A DNA stretch of 64,000 nt from a bacterium (GTDB lineage: Bacteria; Patescibacteriota; Dojkabacteria; B142; OLB20), in assembly GCA_021463645.1 (NCBI GenBank), contig JAJTYI010000004.1, positions 110,277 through 174,276 on the forward strand, read 5' to 3'. Each line of letters begins with the position of its first letter. Within the stretch, counting starts at the first letter, position 1. Under the pieces are notes generated by a model that had not been told where the DNA came from, ran no database searches, and saw nothing but the letters and a program-made list of their open reading frames with translations. Below, piece after piece: positions 18,110 to 26,344 of the stretch. A program made the translations under genes and the position numbers.

Positions 18110-18406
18110 ATGAAGGTTGAGTACGCTACCAAAAGAGTAGAAAAGAAGTTTACAAAGTATTTACAGGGTACTGAATTTTCCGACAAAATTAAACAGAGGA
18201 TAATGGAATTAAAAGCAGCACCGAATTTATTGGTAATAGACAAAATGAAGTTTCCAGAATTGCATAAATTAAGGGGAGAAAAAAAAGGACTGATGTCCAT
18301 CAAAGTAAAAAAGAATTGGAAAATTATATTTAGGGCAAGAGATTCGTTTGACAACTATGCTGAAGTGAAGGCTCTTGAATTAATTGATTTTGAAGATTAC
18401 CATTAA
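18110..18406 (+). CDS. higB: HigB-like toxin (RelE/ParE superfamily, 'plasmid maintenance system killer')
   Basis: 98 aa. ...PELHKLRGEKKGLMSIKVKKNWKIIFRARD...VKALELIDFEDYH matches the HigB pattern LH-x-L-x-G-x(3)-G-x-W-S-I-x(5)-W-R-I-x-F ... DYH. A TATAAT lies at 18066-18071. Confidence 0.7.
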   Translation: MKVEYATKRVEKKFTKYLQGTEFSDKIKQRIMELKAAPNLLVIDKMKFPELHKLRGEKKGLMSIKVKKNWKIIFRARDSFDNYAEVKALELIDFEDYH

Positions 18407-18407
18407 T

Positions 18408-19502
18408 ATGGCTATTGAAATAGATACAACACAATTTAATATACCTCCGGGAAAAACTTTAAAGGAACAAATAAAGTATTTGGGTATGTCACAGAAGGAA
18501 TTGTCTGAAAGGATGGGGATTACCGAGAAAGCTGTTAGCCATATTATTACTGGTAAAGTAGCAGTTAGTTTAGATACTGCACTTAAATTAGAGACAATAC
18601 TTGGGATAGATGCTGATTTTTGGCTTAACTTAGAAGCTAATTACCAGATTAATAAGGCTAAAAACACAGAAACAATAATAGATAATACTGAATTAGAATT
18701 AGCAAAACTTTATACATGCTATAAATTTTTAGTTAGAAGAAACCTTGTACAAAGTAGTAGGAATTATGTTGTTAGAGTTCGAGAATTAAGAAGTTTTTTT
18801 GGAGTTTCCAATCTAGCATATATATCCAAATTAGATTATGGCGCGGCTTTCAGAAAGTCGGATTACAAAGAACTAGATAGATATGCATTGAGTATACTAC
18901 TCCGAATTGGAGAGATTGAAGCCAATGAGATGTTGGTAGGTAGTTATGACGCGATACTTCTTAAACAGTCTTTAAAAGAAATAAAGAAATTAACGAGATT
19001 AGATTTAAGTGTAGCCTTAAAAGAACTTAAGAATCTATTTGATCGTGCAGGATTAAAAATTGTCTATACTCCATTCATTCCGAATACTATGGTGAACGGG
19101 GTTGTTAAATGGATGGGAAGTACTCCTGTTATACAAATGACTGATTTTAGGAAATCAGCTGATATATTTTGGTTTACCTTATTTCATGAATTAGGGCATG
19201 TATTATTGCATGCTAATAAAAAGACACGATATGTGGATTCGTATGACATTAAAGTGGATTCTCAGGAGGAACAAGAGGCTGACAATTTTGCACAAAATGA
19301 ACTAATACCAAAAGAACAGTATGCACTGTTTCTTAAAGAAGGAAATTTCTTTGAAGCAGCAATTAATAGATTTGCAAAGAAAATTGGTATTTCACCAGAT
19401 ATTGTTGCTGGAAGACTTGCGTATGATAGGCAAGTTGATAGTTTTGGGTTTGAATTCGCGCATAAATACAGGAGAGCTCTTGACTTCGAAGTTATGTTAT
19501 AA
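18408..19502 (+). CDS. HigA-like XRE HTH antitoxin fused to an ImmA/IrrE (M78) zinc-metallopeptidase domain
   Basis: The ATG at 18408 lies 1 nt after the higB stop. The N-terminus LKEQIKYLGMSQKELSERMGITEKAVSHIITGK is an HTH. The C-terminal half has the HEXXH motif FHELGHVLLH. Confidence 0.7.
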   Translation: MAIEIDTTQFNIPPGKTLKEQIKYLGMSQKELSERMGITEKAVSHIITGKVAVSLDTALKLETILGIDADFWLNLEANYQINKAKNTETIIDNTELELAKLYTCYKFLVRRNLVQSSRNYVVRVRELRSFFGVSNLAYISKLDYGAAFRKSDYKELDRYALSILLRIGEIEANEMLVGSYDAILLKQSLKEIKKLTRLDLSVALKELKNLFDRAGLKIVYTPFIPNTMVNGVVKWMGSTPVIQMTDFRKSADIFWFTLFHELGHVLLHANKKTRYVDSYDIKVDSQEEQEADNFAQNELIPKEQYALFLKEGNFFEAAINRFAKKIGISPDIVAGRLAYDRQVDSFGFEFAHKYRRALDFEVML

Positions 19503-19525
19503 ATGAATTATAATCATTGACTGAA

Positions 19526-19544
19526 AGCGTTTATAATAAACGCT
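19526..19544 (+). terminator. Stem-loop downstream of the higA-like gene
   Basis: AGCGTTTA-TAA-TAAACGCT, a perfect 8-bp stem 24 nt after the stop. There is no clear U-tract, so terminator function is tentative. Confidence 0.35.
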
Positions 19545-19700
19545 ACAAGATATTGCTTGCTTCGTTTTAATTAATAATTTTGTTGCCGAGCTATTGCAAT
19601 GAGTTGATTGGTATAAAAAATGATAAGAATATTCCGCCGTAAGTGAAGATACGGAAAGACAATTAAATAGTTGGAAAGTTAATATTTAAAAAAAACTAAG

Positions 19701-19892
19701 ATGAAGAGAAATCAAGATATTCCTTCAATGAACCTTAATGACCTTGCTAGAGTAATTGGCAATGAAAGAGAATTCAGTAAATATGGGAAAGAAAAGAAGA
19801 CTGAAGATAAGCGTGCATTTAAAGATGAGAAAGGTATTTTTAGAGAGATGTCGGATAAGTTAGGAAAAGGTAAAATTATTGTGTCTGATTAA
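19701..19892 (+). CDS. Small K/E-rich hypothetical protein
   Basis: 63-aa ORF directly upstream of the HEPN-motif gene. Low complexity and no motif. Confidence 0.3.
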   Translation: MKRNQDIPSMNLNDLARVIGNEREFSKYGKEKKTEDKRAFKDEKGIFREMSDKLGKGKIIVSD

Positions 19893-19923
19893 TTATGGAA
19901 TTAGGATTAAAACTTCTGAACTT

Positions 19924-21186
19924 ATGCATAAAGCCGCTAAGACAAAACTTGACGATTTCCTAGAAGTAGTAAAAGTATACGAAGGTATTAGTGCCTTCTG
20001 GTTTTTTCACAAGTCTACAGAAAATTGTTTAAAACCCTTATACGAAGTATTGAAGAGTATTAACCCCTCAATTCAAGACTTTATACAAGAAGAGGATATA
20101 GGCTTTATTATTTGTGATGAAATTACTAAACACCTAAGAACGAAGACTGAAGTAAGTGGAAAAATTTCTACCATCGAACGCTGGCAAAAGTACTTCAATA
20201 GTGATGAAATAGAACCTATGAAATCCAAAATAATGAGGATGTTGGATAGTATACCATTAGAATACAAATTAATACTTACGCTTGGAGAATCTTCATGTGA
20301 AGGTTTTAAAAACCTATCACTTGAAATGGGGCAGGGCTTGAATTTAGTTGGAGTTGATCCCAAAGCTTTGCCAATTGTAGGAGAATTAGGTATCTACCCA
20401 AGACTATCGGCAGAATACTATGAGGAGAGAGTTTTAAGAAGTGGAAGCCATCTAGCAATAATAAAACACTTTAAAGGATATACACAAAATGCTAAAGAGA
20501 CATATAGTGTTAACAAGGCTCTAGAAAGTATTGATATGTTTATTTCACTTGGAATCATCTTTGGTCTTTTCGCAATTAGAAAACAGTTTATTGTAGATCT
20601 GGTGTCACAAAAGTATATTACTATTGTAAATAAAAATAATAAATTTGTCGGTCTCTTTAACTTACCTTACGATAAATCAAAAACTTTGCACAACCTGATT
20701 ATTATTGACAGGAATAATTTTGCATCAGAAGTTATTCATAAAACTAAACATATAAATAGTTATCTAGATCTATTGACTAACAAAATGAATGAAGATGCTA
20801 AAGAATTTACTAATAAAATCAATAATATTCTTTACTGGTTCCTAACGGGTACTACATCGACTAATCAAACCCTTGGATTCATAAGTTTAATGACATGTTT
20901 TGAAAGTTGCTATTCAGGACCAGATGAATCAAGGGAAAAAGATCAAACCTTAACAAAAAAGGCAAGTTATTTTATTGCCTTTCATTATGGTGAAAGGAGA
21001 CAGATATATTTAGATCTAGAAAAGATAAGGATTCTTAGGAATAAAGTGATCCATGAGGGGTTTAAACTAGAGTCGGATGAAGATCTCTTATTGAAATCAA
21101 TCCTAATAGAATACCTAAAGACAACGATAGCTAAAGAATTGATAATGTACCTGGATAATAAAGCCTCTTCAAACGAAGTAATCTAG
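19924..21186 (+). CDS. Hypothetical protein with C-terminal HEPN-like Rx4H motif
   Basis: The track ORF starts at TTG 19879 and the first ATG is at 19924 (420 aa). The C-terminal ~130 aa is helical and carries EKIRILRNKVIHEG (R-x4-H), as in Abi/Apea-type HEPN RNases. Confidence 0.5.
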   Translation: MHKAAKTKLDDFLEVVKVYEGISAFWFFHKSTENCLKPLYEVLKSINPSIQDFIQEEDIGFIICDEITKHLRTKTEVSGKISTIERWQKYFNSDEIEPMKSKIMRMLDSIPLEYKLILTLGESSCEGFKNLSLEMGQGLNLVGVDPKALPIVGELGIYPRLSAEYYEERVLRSGSHLAIIKHFKGYTQNAKETYSVNKALESIDMFISLGIIFGLFAIRKQFIVDLVSQKYITIVNKNNKFVGLFNLPYDKSKTLHNLIIIDRNNFASEVIHKTKHINSYLDLLTNKMNEDAKEFTNKINNILYWFLTGTTSTNQTLGFISLMTCFESCYSGPDESREKDQTLTKKASYFIAFHYGERRQIYLDLEKIRILRNKVIHEGFKLESDEDLLLKSILIEYLKTTIAKELIMYLDNKASSNEVI

Positions 21187-21387
21187 TTTCTTTTTATAAA
21201 CCACAGCCAGTACTTGCAGTTCCGCTACATCCAGTCTCCTCTCTGCACTCTCTATTTTGGAAATAAACGATTGTGGTTTACCTAATTTCTTTGCCACTTG
21301 TGCTTGTGTTAGATTTGCTTCTATACGAGCTTGTTTTAATCTTACAGCGACCTTCTTATAGGCTTTGGAGTGAAGCGGATTGGGCAT
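21169..21387 (-). CDS. XRE-family HTH transcriptional regulator
   Basis: 72 aa. RLKQARIEANLTQAQVAKKLGKPQSFISKIESAERRLDVAEL is a classic HTH_3 pattern. The 3' end overlaps the HEPN-motif gene convergently by 18 nt. Confidence 0.75.
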   Translation of the reverse strand: MPNPLHSKAYKKVAVRLKQARIEANLTQAQVAKKLGKPQSFISKIESAERRLDVAELQVLAVVYKKKLDYFV

Positions 21388-21479
21388 GAGTATTATTGAT
21401 TATTAATCAATCTCATGTTAGTATCCTGATATCGGATATCCCAAAATAGGATATTAATTTATTTATTATTTTAAAAATC

Positions 21480-22025
21480 ATGAGGAAGAAAACAGCAGTA
21501 TTAATTTTTACATTAGTAATCTTCTCTTTACTACTTATGGGTTGTAGTGGGTCTTCGGGAGTGGATGTCAATAACCAAGGAGAGAAAGTAGATAATCAGG
21601 GGGTTTCTCCAACACAAATACAACCGGTACAAACTAAGTTCAAACAGAATGAAAGAATAAAACTAGGAGATTATGTAGTTATAGCTCAGTCATATACTGC
21701 TAGTCACACAGGAACAAATGAATTTGATCAACCTAAGGCTGGAAATAAATATGTAGCTGTGGAGGTCTTATACGAGAATTATACTAGTGATAAAACTATC
21801 TCTTATAATCCATATGACTGGAAGTTAATAGATTCGGAAGGGTACAATTACGAATATAGCTTTTTAGGAGCGAAAGAACCAGGGCTAAGTAGTGGAGATA
21901 TAAATCCATCAAGCAAGGTCAGAGGTTGGCTAACTTTTGAAGTTCCTACAAATTCACAGGAGCATGTTTTAAAGTTTACTCCTAGTTTTTGGAGTAATGA
22001 GAACATTGAAATAGAACTCTTTTAA
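21480..22025 (+). CDS. Lipoprotein, DUF4352-like (immunoglobulin-like telomeric-protein fold family)
   Basis: 181 aa. Lipobox LLLMGCSG. GNKYVAVEVLYENYTSDKTISYNPYDWKLIDSEGYNY...VRGWLTFEVP is the DUF4352 pattern. Confidence 0.55.
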   Translation: MRKKTAVLIFTLVIFSLLLMGCSGSSGVDVNNQGEKVDNQGVSPTQIQPVQTKFKQNERIKLGDYVVIAQSYTASHTGTNEFDQPKAGNKYVAVEVLYENYTSDKTISYNPYDWKLIDSEGYNYEYSFLGAKEPGLSSGDINPSSKVRGWLTFEVPTNSQEHVLKFTPSFWSNENIEIELF

Positions 22026-22055
22026 ATACCTGAGATGGTCTAAAGTCTTATTAGA

Positions 22056-22064
22056 TGGTATAAT
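22056..22064 (+). promoter_or_regulatory. Extended -10 promoter element TGGTATAAT
   Basis: Ends 22 nt upstream of the ATG at 22087. Confidence 0.4.
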
Positions 22065-22086
22065 TGGCTAAGAATTCCAATGTATA

Positions 22087-23268
22087 ATGAGTTTCAATGT
22101 CAAACCAATAAAATTAAATAAGTGGCATATAATTATTGTTCTATTACTTATTGTCTTACCTCAGGTTGTTCTCCCCGCACTTCTTATTTGGTGGTTCTAT
22201 AAAAAAGCTCCTATTGCAAAAAAATATAAAATAGTTACTACTCTTGTCGTAGGTGGTTTGTTCACACTTATAACTGCTTCCACAGTTATAGCCTATACAA
22301 TGGATGCTGAACCCGATTTAAACATAATTGAGCCCAATAATAATATAAGTATTGAGGCAGAGGGAATTTTAATTAAAGGTGAATATACACCCGAAGATAG
22401 GAAAGTCTGGATAAACAATGAAGAAATAGAAACAGATAATGGTCACTTTGAGTATTATTATAAGCTTTCTAGTGGTCTGAATGAGATTGAAATCGAAGCA
22501 GGTGATTGGAAGAGAGCAACAAAAAATTTAACGGTCACAAGGATACAAAAAGAGAGCATCAAAACAACTACAACTGAGATGCCGCAGATATTGTTTTTGG
22601 TTACAGAAGTTGTAGATGGTGATACCGTTAAGGTAAGTAGCGATGAAGGAGTAAGTACAGTTAGATTAATAGGAATCGATACTCCAGAAACAAAAGATCC
22701 CAGAACCACCGTACAATGTTTTGGTAATGAGGCCACAGCCTATCTAAAAAGCTTAATCGAAGGGAAATCAATATACTTACACACAGACGATTCGCAAGAC
22801 GATACTGATCAATACGGTCGGTTGTTAAGATACATTGTTCTAGAAGATGGTACAGAGATTAATAAAAAAATGGTCTCGGAGGGTTATGCGTATGAATACA
22901 CTTACCAAGTAGCATATCAGTATCAAAATGAGTTTAAAGCTGCTCAGGAACAAGCCAGGGAGCAGGAAAAAGGCTTGTGGGCAGAAAATACATGCTCAGG
23001 ACAAAGAGAACTTCCAACCCCTGTTCCTAGTTTAATACCAACAACAAGTGCTCCTCTACCATTAATAGGTAATCAGAGTAAACCAACCACAAAGCCAGCT
23101 ACGCCAACAAAAGCTCCTACAAATAACTCTGGCTTTACTTGTAATTGTGCAAAGACTTGCACGCAAATCACTTCCTGTTCAGAGGCATATTTTCAATTAA
23201 ATGAGTGTGGTTGTAAGGTAAGAGATTCAGATGATGATGGAATTCCTTGTGAAACCTTATGCCAATAA
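22087..23268 (+). CDS. Membrane-anchored thermonuclease (SNase) with C-terminal Excalibur Ca-binding domain
   Basis: 393 aa. Two N-terminal TM helices. SNase core VVDGDTVKV...VRLIGIDTPETKDP...CFGNEATAYLKSLI...YGRLLRYI...MVSEGYAY. A P/T linker precedes the C-terminal CNCAKTCTQITSCSEAY...DSDDDGIPCETLC. Confidence 0.8.
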   Translation: MSFNVKPIKLNKWHIIIVLLLIVLPQVVLPALLIWWFYKKAPIAKKYKIVTTLVVGGLFTLITASTVIAYTMDAEPDLNIIEPNNNISIEAEGILIKGEYTPEDRKVWINNEEIETDNGHFEYYYKLSSGLNEIEIEAGDWKRATKNLTVTRIQKESIKTTTTEMPQILFLVTEVVDGDTVKVSSDEGVSTVRLIGIDTPETKDPRTTVQCFGNEATAYLKSLIEGKSIYLHTDDSQDDTDQYGRLLRYIVLEDGTEINKKMVSEGYAYEYTYQVAYQYQNEFKAAQEQAREQEKGLWAENTCSGQRELPTPVPSLIPTTSAPLPLIGNQSKPTTKPATPTKAPTNNSGFTCNCAKTCTQITSCSEAYFQLNECGCKVRDSDDDGIPCETLCQ

Positions 23269-23404
23269 TTGAAATTTTGGCGAGATTATAGGAGTTTAAA
23301 AGCATGTATAGGCAAAATAGGATCGAATCGCACACCTCTCGAATTTTGTAAATTGCACAAAATGCAGACCTTAAAAGAGGGGAATTAGTTTTTAGAATCA
23401 AATA

Positions 23405-25051
23405 ATGATTGTCTTGGAAGATACTTACATGCAAAAACTGATGAAATATGGGGAACTAAAAGCTGAAGATTATTTACGGAGTAAGAAGAAAATATTTAGT
23501 GATGAACAACCTATCTATATAGTTTATGTTAGAAAATCTACTAAAGGAGAGGAGAAACAAGAAAGAAGCATTCCCGATCAACTGAAGCTTTGCAAAAAAA
23601 TAAGTACAGAGAAAAAGCTTAAGGTATATGATTTCTATGAGGAGAAAGGTAGTGCATTCATTTCCGATAATCGTCCAGTATTCCGTCAGATACTGAACCA
23701 CATTTCAAAATCTGGTGGTAGAAAATATAACTCTATCCTTGCATTTTCTCCAGATAGGTTATCCAGAAATATGAAAGAGGCAGGTGAGATTATTGACCTG
23801 CTTCACAGAGGTCAGATGATAGATTTACAGTTTTCCTCTTTCCCGTTTATGAATAATTCAGATGGTTTGATGAGTTTAGGGATTCATTTTGTATTAGCAA
23901 AGCAGTATTCAGACAATGTTTCTATGCATACAAATAAAGGTATTGATGGAACTGTAGAAGAAGGGAAAGGTTTAGCTCATCCAAAATGGGGATATAAATT
24001 TGCTTCAGAAGACTTACGACTTTTTCGACCGGATGGAAGAAATTTCCATCTTATACAAAAAGCTTTTATTCATGCTTTGGAAGTTAAATCCTTAGAAGAA
24101 ATTGCGGTCTTTCTTAATACTGAAGGATTTGAATTTAAAGGAAAGAAGATAATAGTTACTAAGAATAGACTGTCATCGATGTTTGCTAATCCATTTTATG
24201 CAGGTGTTTATGTATCGGGAAGTAAGGTTATAGAGATGGGAAAAGCTGATCCATTATTTGAGCCTGTGATGTCACCTAAGGACTTCTTTCGTATAAGAGA
24301 GCTATATAAGGATAGGAACCATAATTTGAAGCCCAATATTAACAATTTCCTCTTAAGAGGTATGGTATTTTGCAATTATTGCCAAAAAGAAATGAAGCCA
24401 GGGAAGCCTAAAGGAAATGGCGGAAGGTATCTAAGATTTGCATGCACTAATAAAAGATGCCCTAGGCATACTGAACTTGTAAAAGGGACTGCAAAGAAGT
24501 TTAAACGAGAGATTCGGGCAAAGATAATCTTTGAGTTTGTCGATAAGATACTAAAAGATGGCATCAAGGTAGACCAAAAACTGTATAGTAAATTCCTTAA
24601 AGCCGGGCAAGAAGATGCAGTTTATCAACTCAATAAGTTAGAACAAGACTTAAAAATCACTAGGAAAAAGATTACTGAAACTAACAATAAAATTAACTCT
24701 AAATTAGAGATGTTTGAAAGAGCAGAAAAGAAGGATGTCGGGAAGAGAATTGAAAAGCAAATACAGGAACTTGAAGAGGAGTTAACTAAGCTTTTAGATA
24801 TGGAAATCAAGCTTGAAACAGATCTCCAGAAAGCTAAGGAGGCATTAAAGCAGAGTCCTATCTTATATGAAGATTTTGTGAACTTGTTCGAATACTCAAA
24901 TGGGGTAATACAAAACAGTGATAATCAGTACTTGGTTGACTGGATGCTTAGACAGGTATTTATGAACTTCTATGTTGATAGTACCAATGTTGTTACATAT
25001 CAACTAAATCCAATGTTTGAGAACTATCTTAAAGTAGATATGTTTTTTTGA
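23405..25051 (+). CDS. Large serine recombinase
   Basis: 548 aa. Resolvase N-domain IYIVYVRKSTKGEEKQERSIPDQL...FSPDRLSRN. Zn-ribbon CNYCQ...FACTNKRCPRH, followed by a coiled-coil. The start may be Met9 (23429). Confidence 0.85.
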   Translation: MIVLEDTYMQKLMKYGELKAEDYLRSKKKIFSDEQPIYIVYVRKSTKGEEKQERSIPDQLKLCKKISTEKKLKVYDFYEEKGSAFISDNRPVFRQILNHISKSGGRKYNSILAFSPDRLSRNMKEAGEIIDLLHRGQMIDLQFSSFPFMNNSDGLMSLGIHFVLAKQYSDNVSMHTNKGIDGTVEEGKGLAHPKWGYKFASEDLRLFRPDGRNFHLIQKAFIHALEVKSLEEIAVFLNTEGFEFKGKKIIVTKNRLSSMFANPFYAGVYVSGSKVIEMGKADPLFEPVMSPKDFFRIRELYKDRNHNLKPNINNFLLRGMVFCNYCQKEMKPGKPKGNGGRYLRFACTNKRCPRHTELVKGTAKKFKREIRAKIIFEFVDKILKDGIKVDQKLYSKFLKAGQEDAVYQLNKLEQDLKITRKKITETNNKINSKLEMFERAEKKDVGKRIEKQIQELEEELTKLLDMEIKLETDLQKAKEALKQSPILYEDFVNLFEYSNGVIQNSDNQYLVDWMLRQVFMNFYVDSTNVVTYQLNPMFENYLKVDMFF

Positions 25052-25163
25052 GAGTTTGATTGGATTTAAGTTAATTGATGAAATGGGGTGGTCATGCCTA
25101 CGCTAAAGCTACGGCAGACCTTACCCAGTGTATTTCTTCGCAAGCTCAGAAACACTGGGGTGG
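25022..25163 (+). repeat. 141-bp direct repeat, right copy (attR-like), includes last 30 nt of the recombinase gene and the structured unit
   Basis: Matches 17752-17892 with 2 mismatches. Contains TGGGGTGG at 25084-25091 and again at 25156-25163. Confidence 0.9.
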
Positions 25164-25233
25164 CAAATGGGACTCGAACCCACGACCTCCTCTTCCACAG
25201 AGAGGCGCTCTAACCAACTGAGCTATGATCACC
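25156..25233 (-). tRNA. tRNA-His(GTG)-like second copy with 3 substitutions in the 5' acceptor strand (possible pseudo-tRNA / att duplication)
   Basis: Identical to 33337-33414 except that the 5' end reads GGTGATCA instead of GGTGGCAA. This gives two acceptor-stem mismatches (A4.C69, C6.T67) and one T5.G68 wobble. It has its own upstream TATAAT (complement of 25247-25252). Confidence 0.6.
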
Positions 25234-25431
25234 AAATTCATCACCAATTATAACAAATTCCCCACAAGCTCACAAAATAGGCTTATCCCACCCAATGTGT
25301 TAGAATGAAGCAGGATTTAAGTATAAATGAGTTGCTTTTTTTGTCGAGACGTATTTTGTCATAGGAAGTTGTAATTATTAACCTCCTCTAAAGTCTCCAC
25401 TTTACGAATTTTAATCATTAGGTTGATATAT

Positions 25432-26298
25432 ATGGACAATGCAACAAAATTATTGATTTTACCTTCAGTTAAAGGAGTTGATGAAATAGTCAGAGGGATT
25501 TCTACCCCTGTAGAATTTACAAAAGGAGATTTTAATAAAGTTAAATTCAGATTTAGAGACAACGGTGTAGAAATTCTTCATGCGGGTGTAGATCTTAAAG
25601 AATTTTCGTTTGTCTGGCTGTCTTCTTTTTGGGAATCAAGAGATCTGGCTTATGCAATCAAACTCTATCTTGATTTTCACAAAGTCCGGCATACATATGT
25701 TGAGAAAAGCACTTCTAAAATTACTGACCAAGTCGAATTTTCTCTAAATAGTATTTCATCTCCAAACACAGTTTTTATAGATTCGGCAAAGTTGGAAGAT
25801 TATGTTGAAAAAATAGAAGAAACTTGCGGTTATCCGCTTATTGTCAAAGATACCAAAGGCTCGCAAGGCAAGTTTTCCGCATTTGTGGAGAACCGAGAAC
25901 AGCTTATGAATCAGCACAAAAACTTGCCTGCGCATAGAAAATACTTCTTCCAGCAATTTATCGCCAATGAATATGATTGGGGAGTTTTGATTGCAAATGG
26001 TGAGATTGTTTCAGCCGAAAAAAGTTTTCCGACAAGAGACGAATTTAGAAACAACGCCTGCAACGGAGCCAAAGAAGTTTTTGTTGACGTCAGCGAAATC
26101 CCTCAGAGAGTGAAAGATATTGCTTTGGAAGCCGCGAGAGCACTCAAACTTTCATGGTCGAGAGTGGATATCATCGTAGATAAAGTTACTGATATTCCCT
26201 ATATCATGGAGATCAACAGAAGCCCGGGAGTGACTTCCGGAACAACCGAGATTGCCGGAGCACAGTCGTTTATAAATGCGCAGTTGGGTTTACTTTGA
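25432..26298 (+). CDS. ATP-grasp ligase, RimK/glutathione-synthetase-like
   Basis: The track ORF starts at TTG 25423 and the first ATG is at 25432. Motifs: GYPLIVKDTKGSQGKFSAFVENREQL, FFQQFIANEYDWGVLIANGEIVSAEK, WSRVDIIVDK...YIMEINRSPG. Confidence 0.65.
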   Translation: MDNATKLLILPSVKGVDEIVRGISTPVEFTKGDFNKVKFRFRDNGVEILHAGVDLKEFSFVWLSSFWESRDLAYAIKLYLDFHKVRHTYVEKSTSKITDQVEFSLNSISSPNTVFIDSAKLEDYVEKIEETCGYPLIVKDTKGSQGKFSAFVENREQLMNQHKNLPAHRKYFFQQFIANEYDWGVLIANGEIVSAEKSFPTRDEFRNNACNGAKEVFVDVSEIPQRVKDIALEAARALKLSWSRVDIIVDKVTDIPYIMEINRSPGVTSGTTEIAGAQSFINAQLGLL

Positions 26299-26344
26299 AA
26301 TAAAAAATATCTTCGTGATCAGTGATTTTACTAAAGTTTAGAGC

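Larger units (their letters stand above)
17752..25163. mobile_element. Integrated element (island B) with intact large serine recombinase, flanked by 141-bp direct repeats
   Basis: Direct repeats at 17752-17892 and 25022-25162. The recombinase 23405-25051 reads into the right repeat. Cargo is higB/higA-M78, a HEPN-motif protein, an XRE regulator, a lipoprotein and a secreted nuclease. Confidence 0.6.

Noticed and set aside
25084-25163. The 72-nt structured unit as a tRNA or tRNA fragment
   Set aside because: No cloverleaf can be drawn. Only the terminal CCACCCCA matches the tRNA, and the rest folds as two simple hairpins.
25234-25431. Small RiPP-type precursor peptide next to the ATP-grasp gene
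   Set aside because: No convincing short ORF with a start codon and promoter was found in the flanking 200 bp. The ATP-grasp motifs look RimK/GshB-like rather than microviridin-type.
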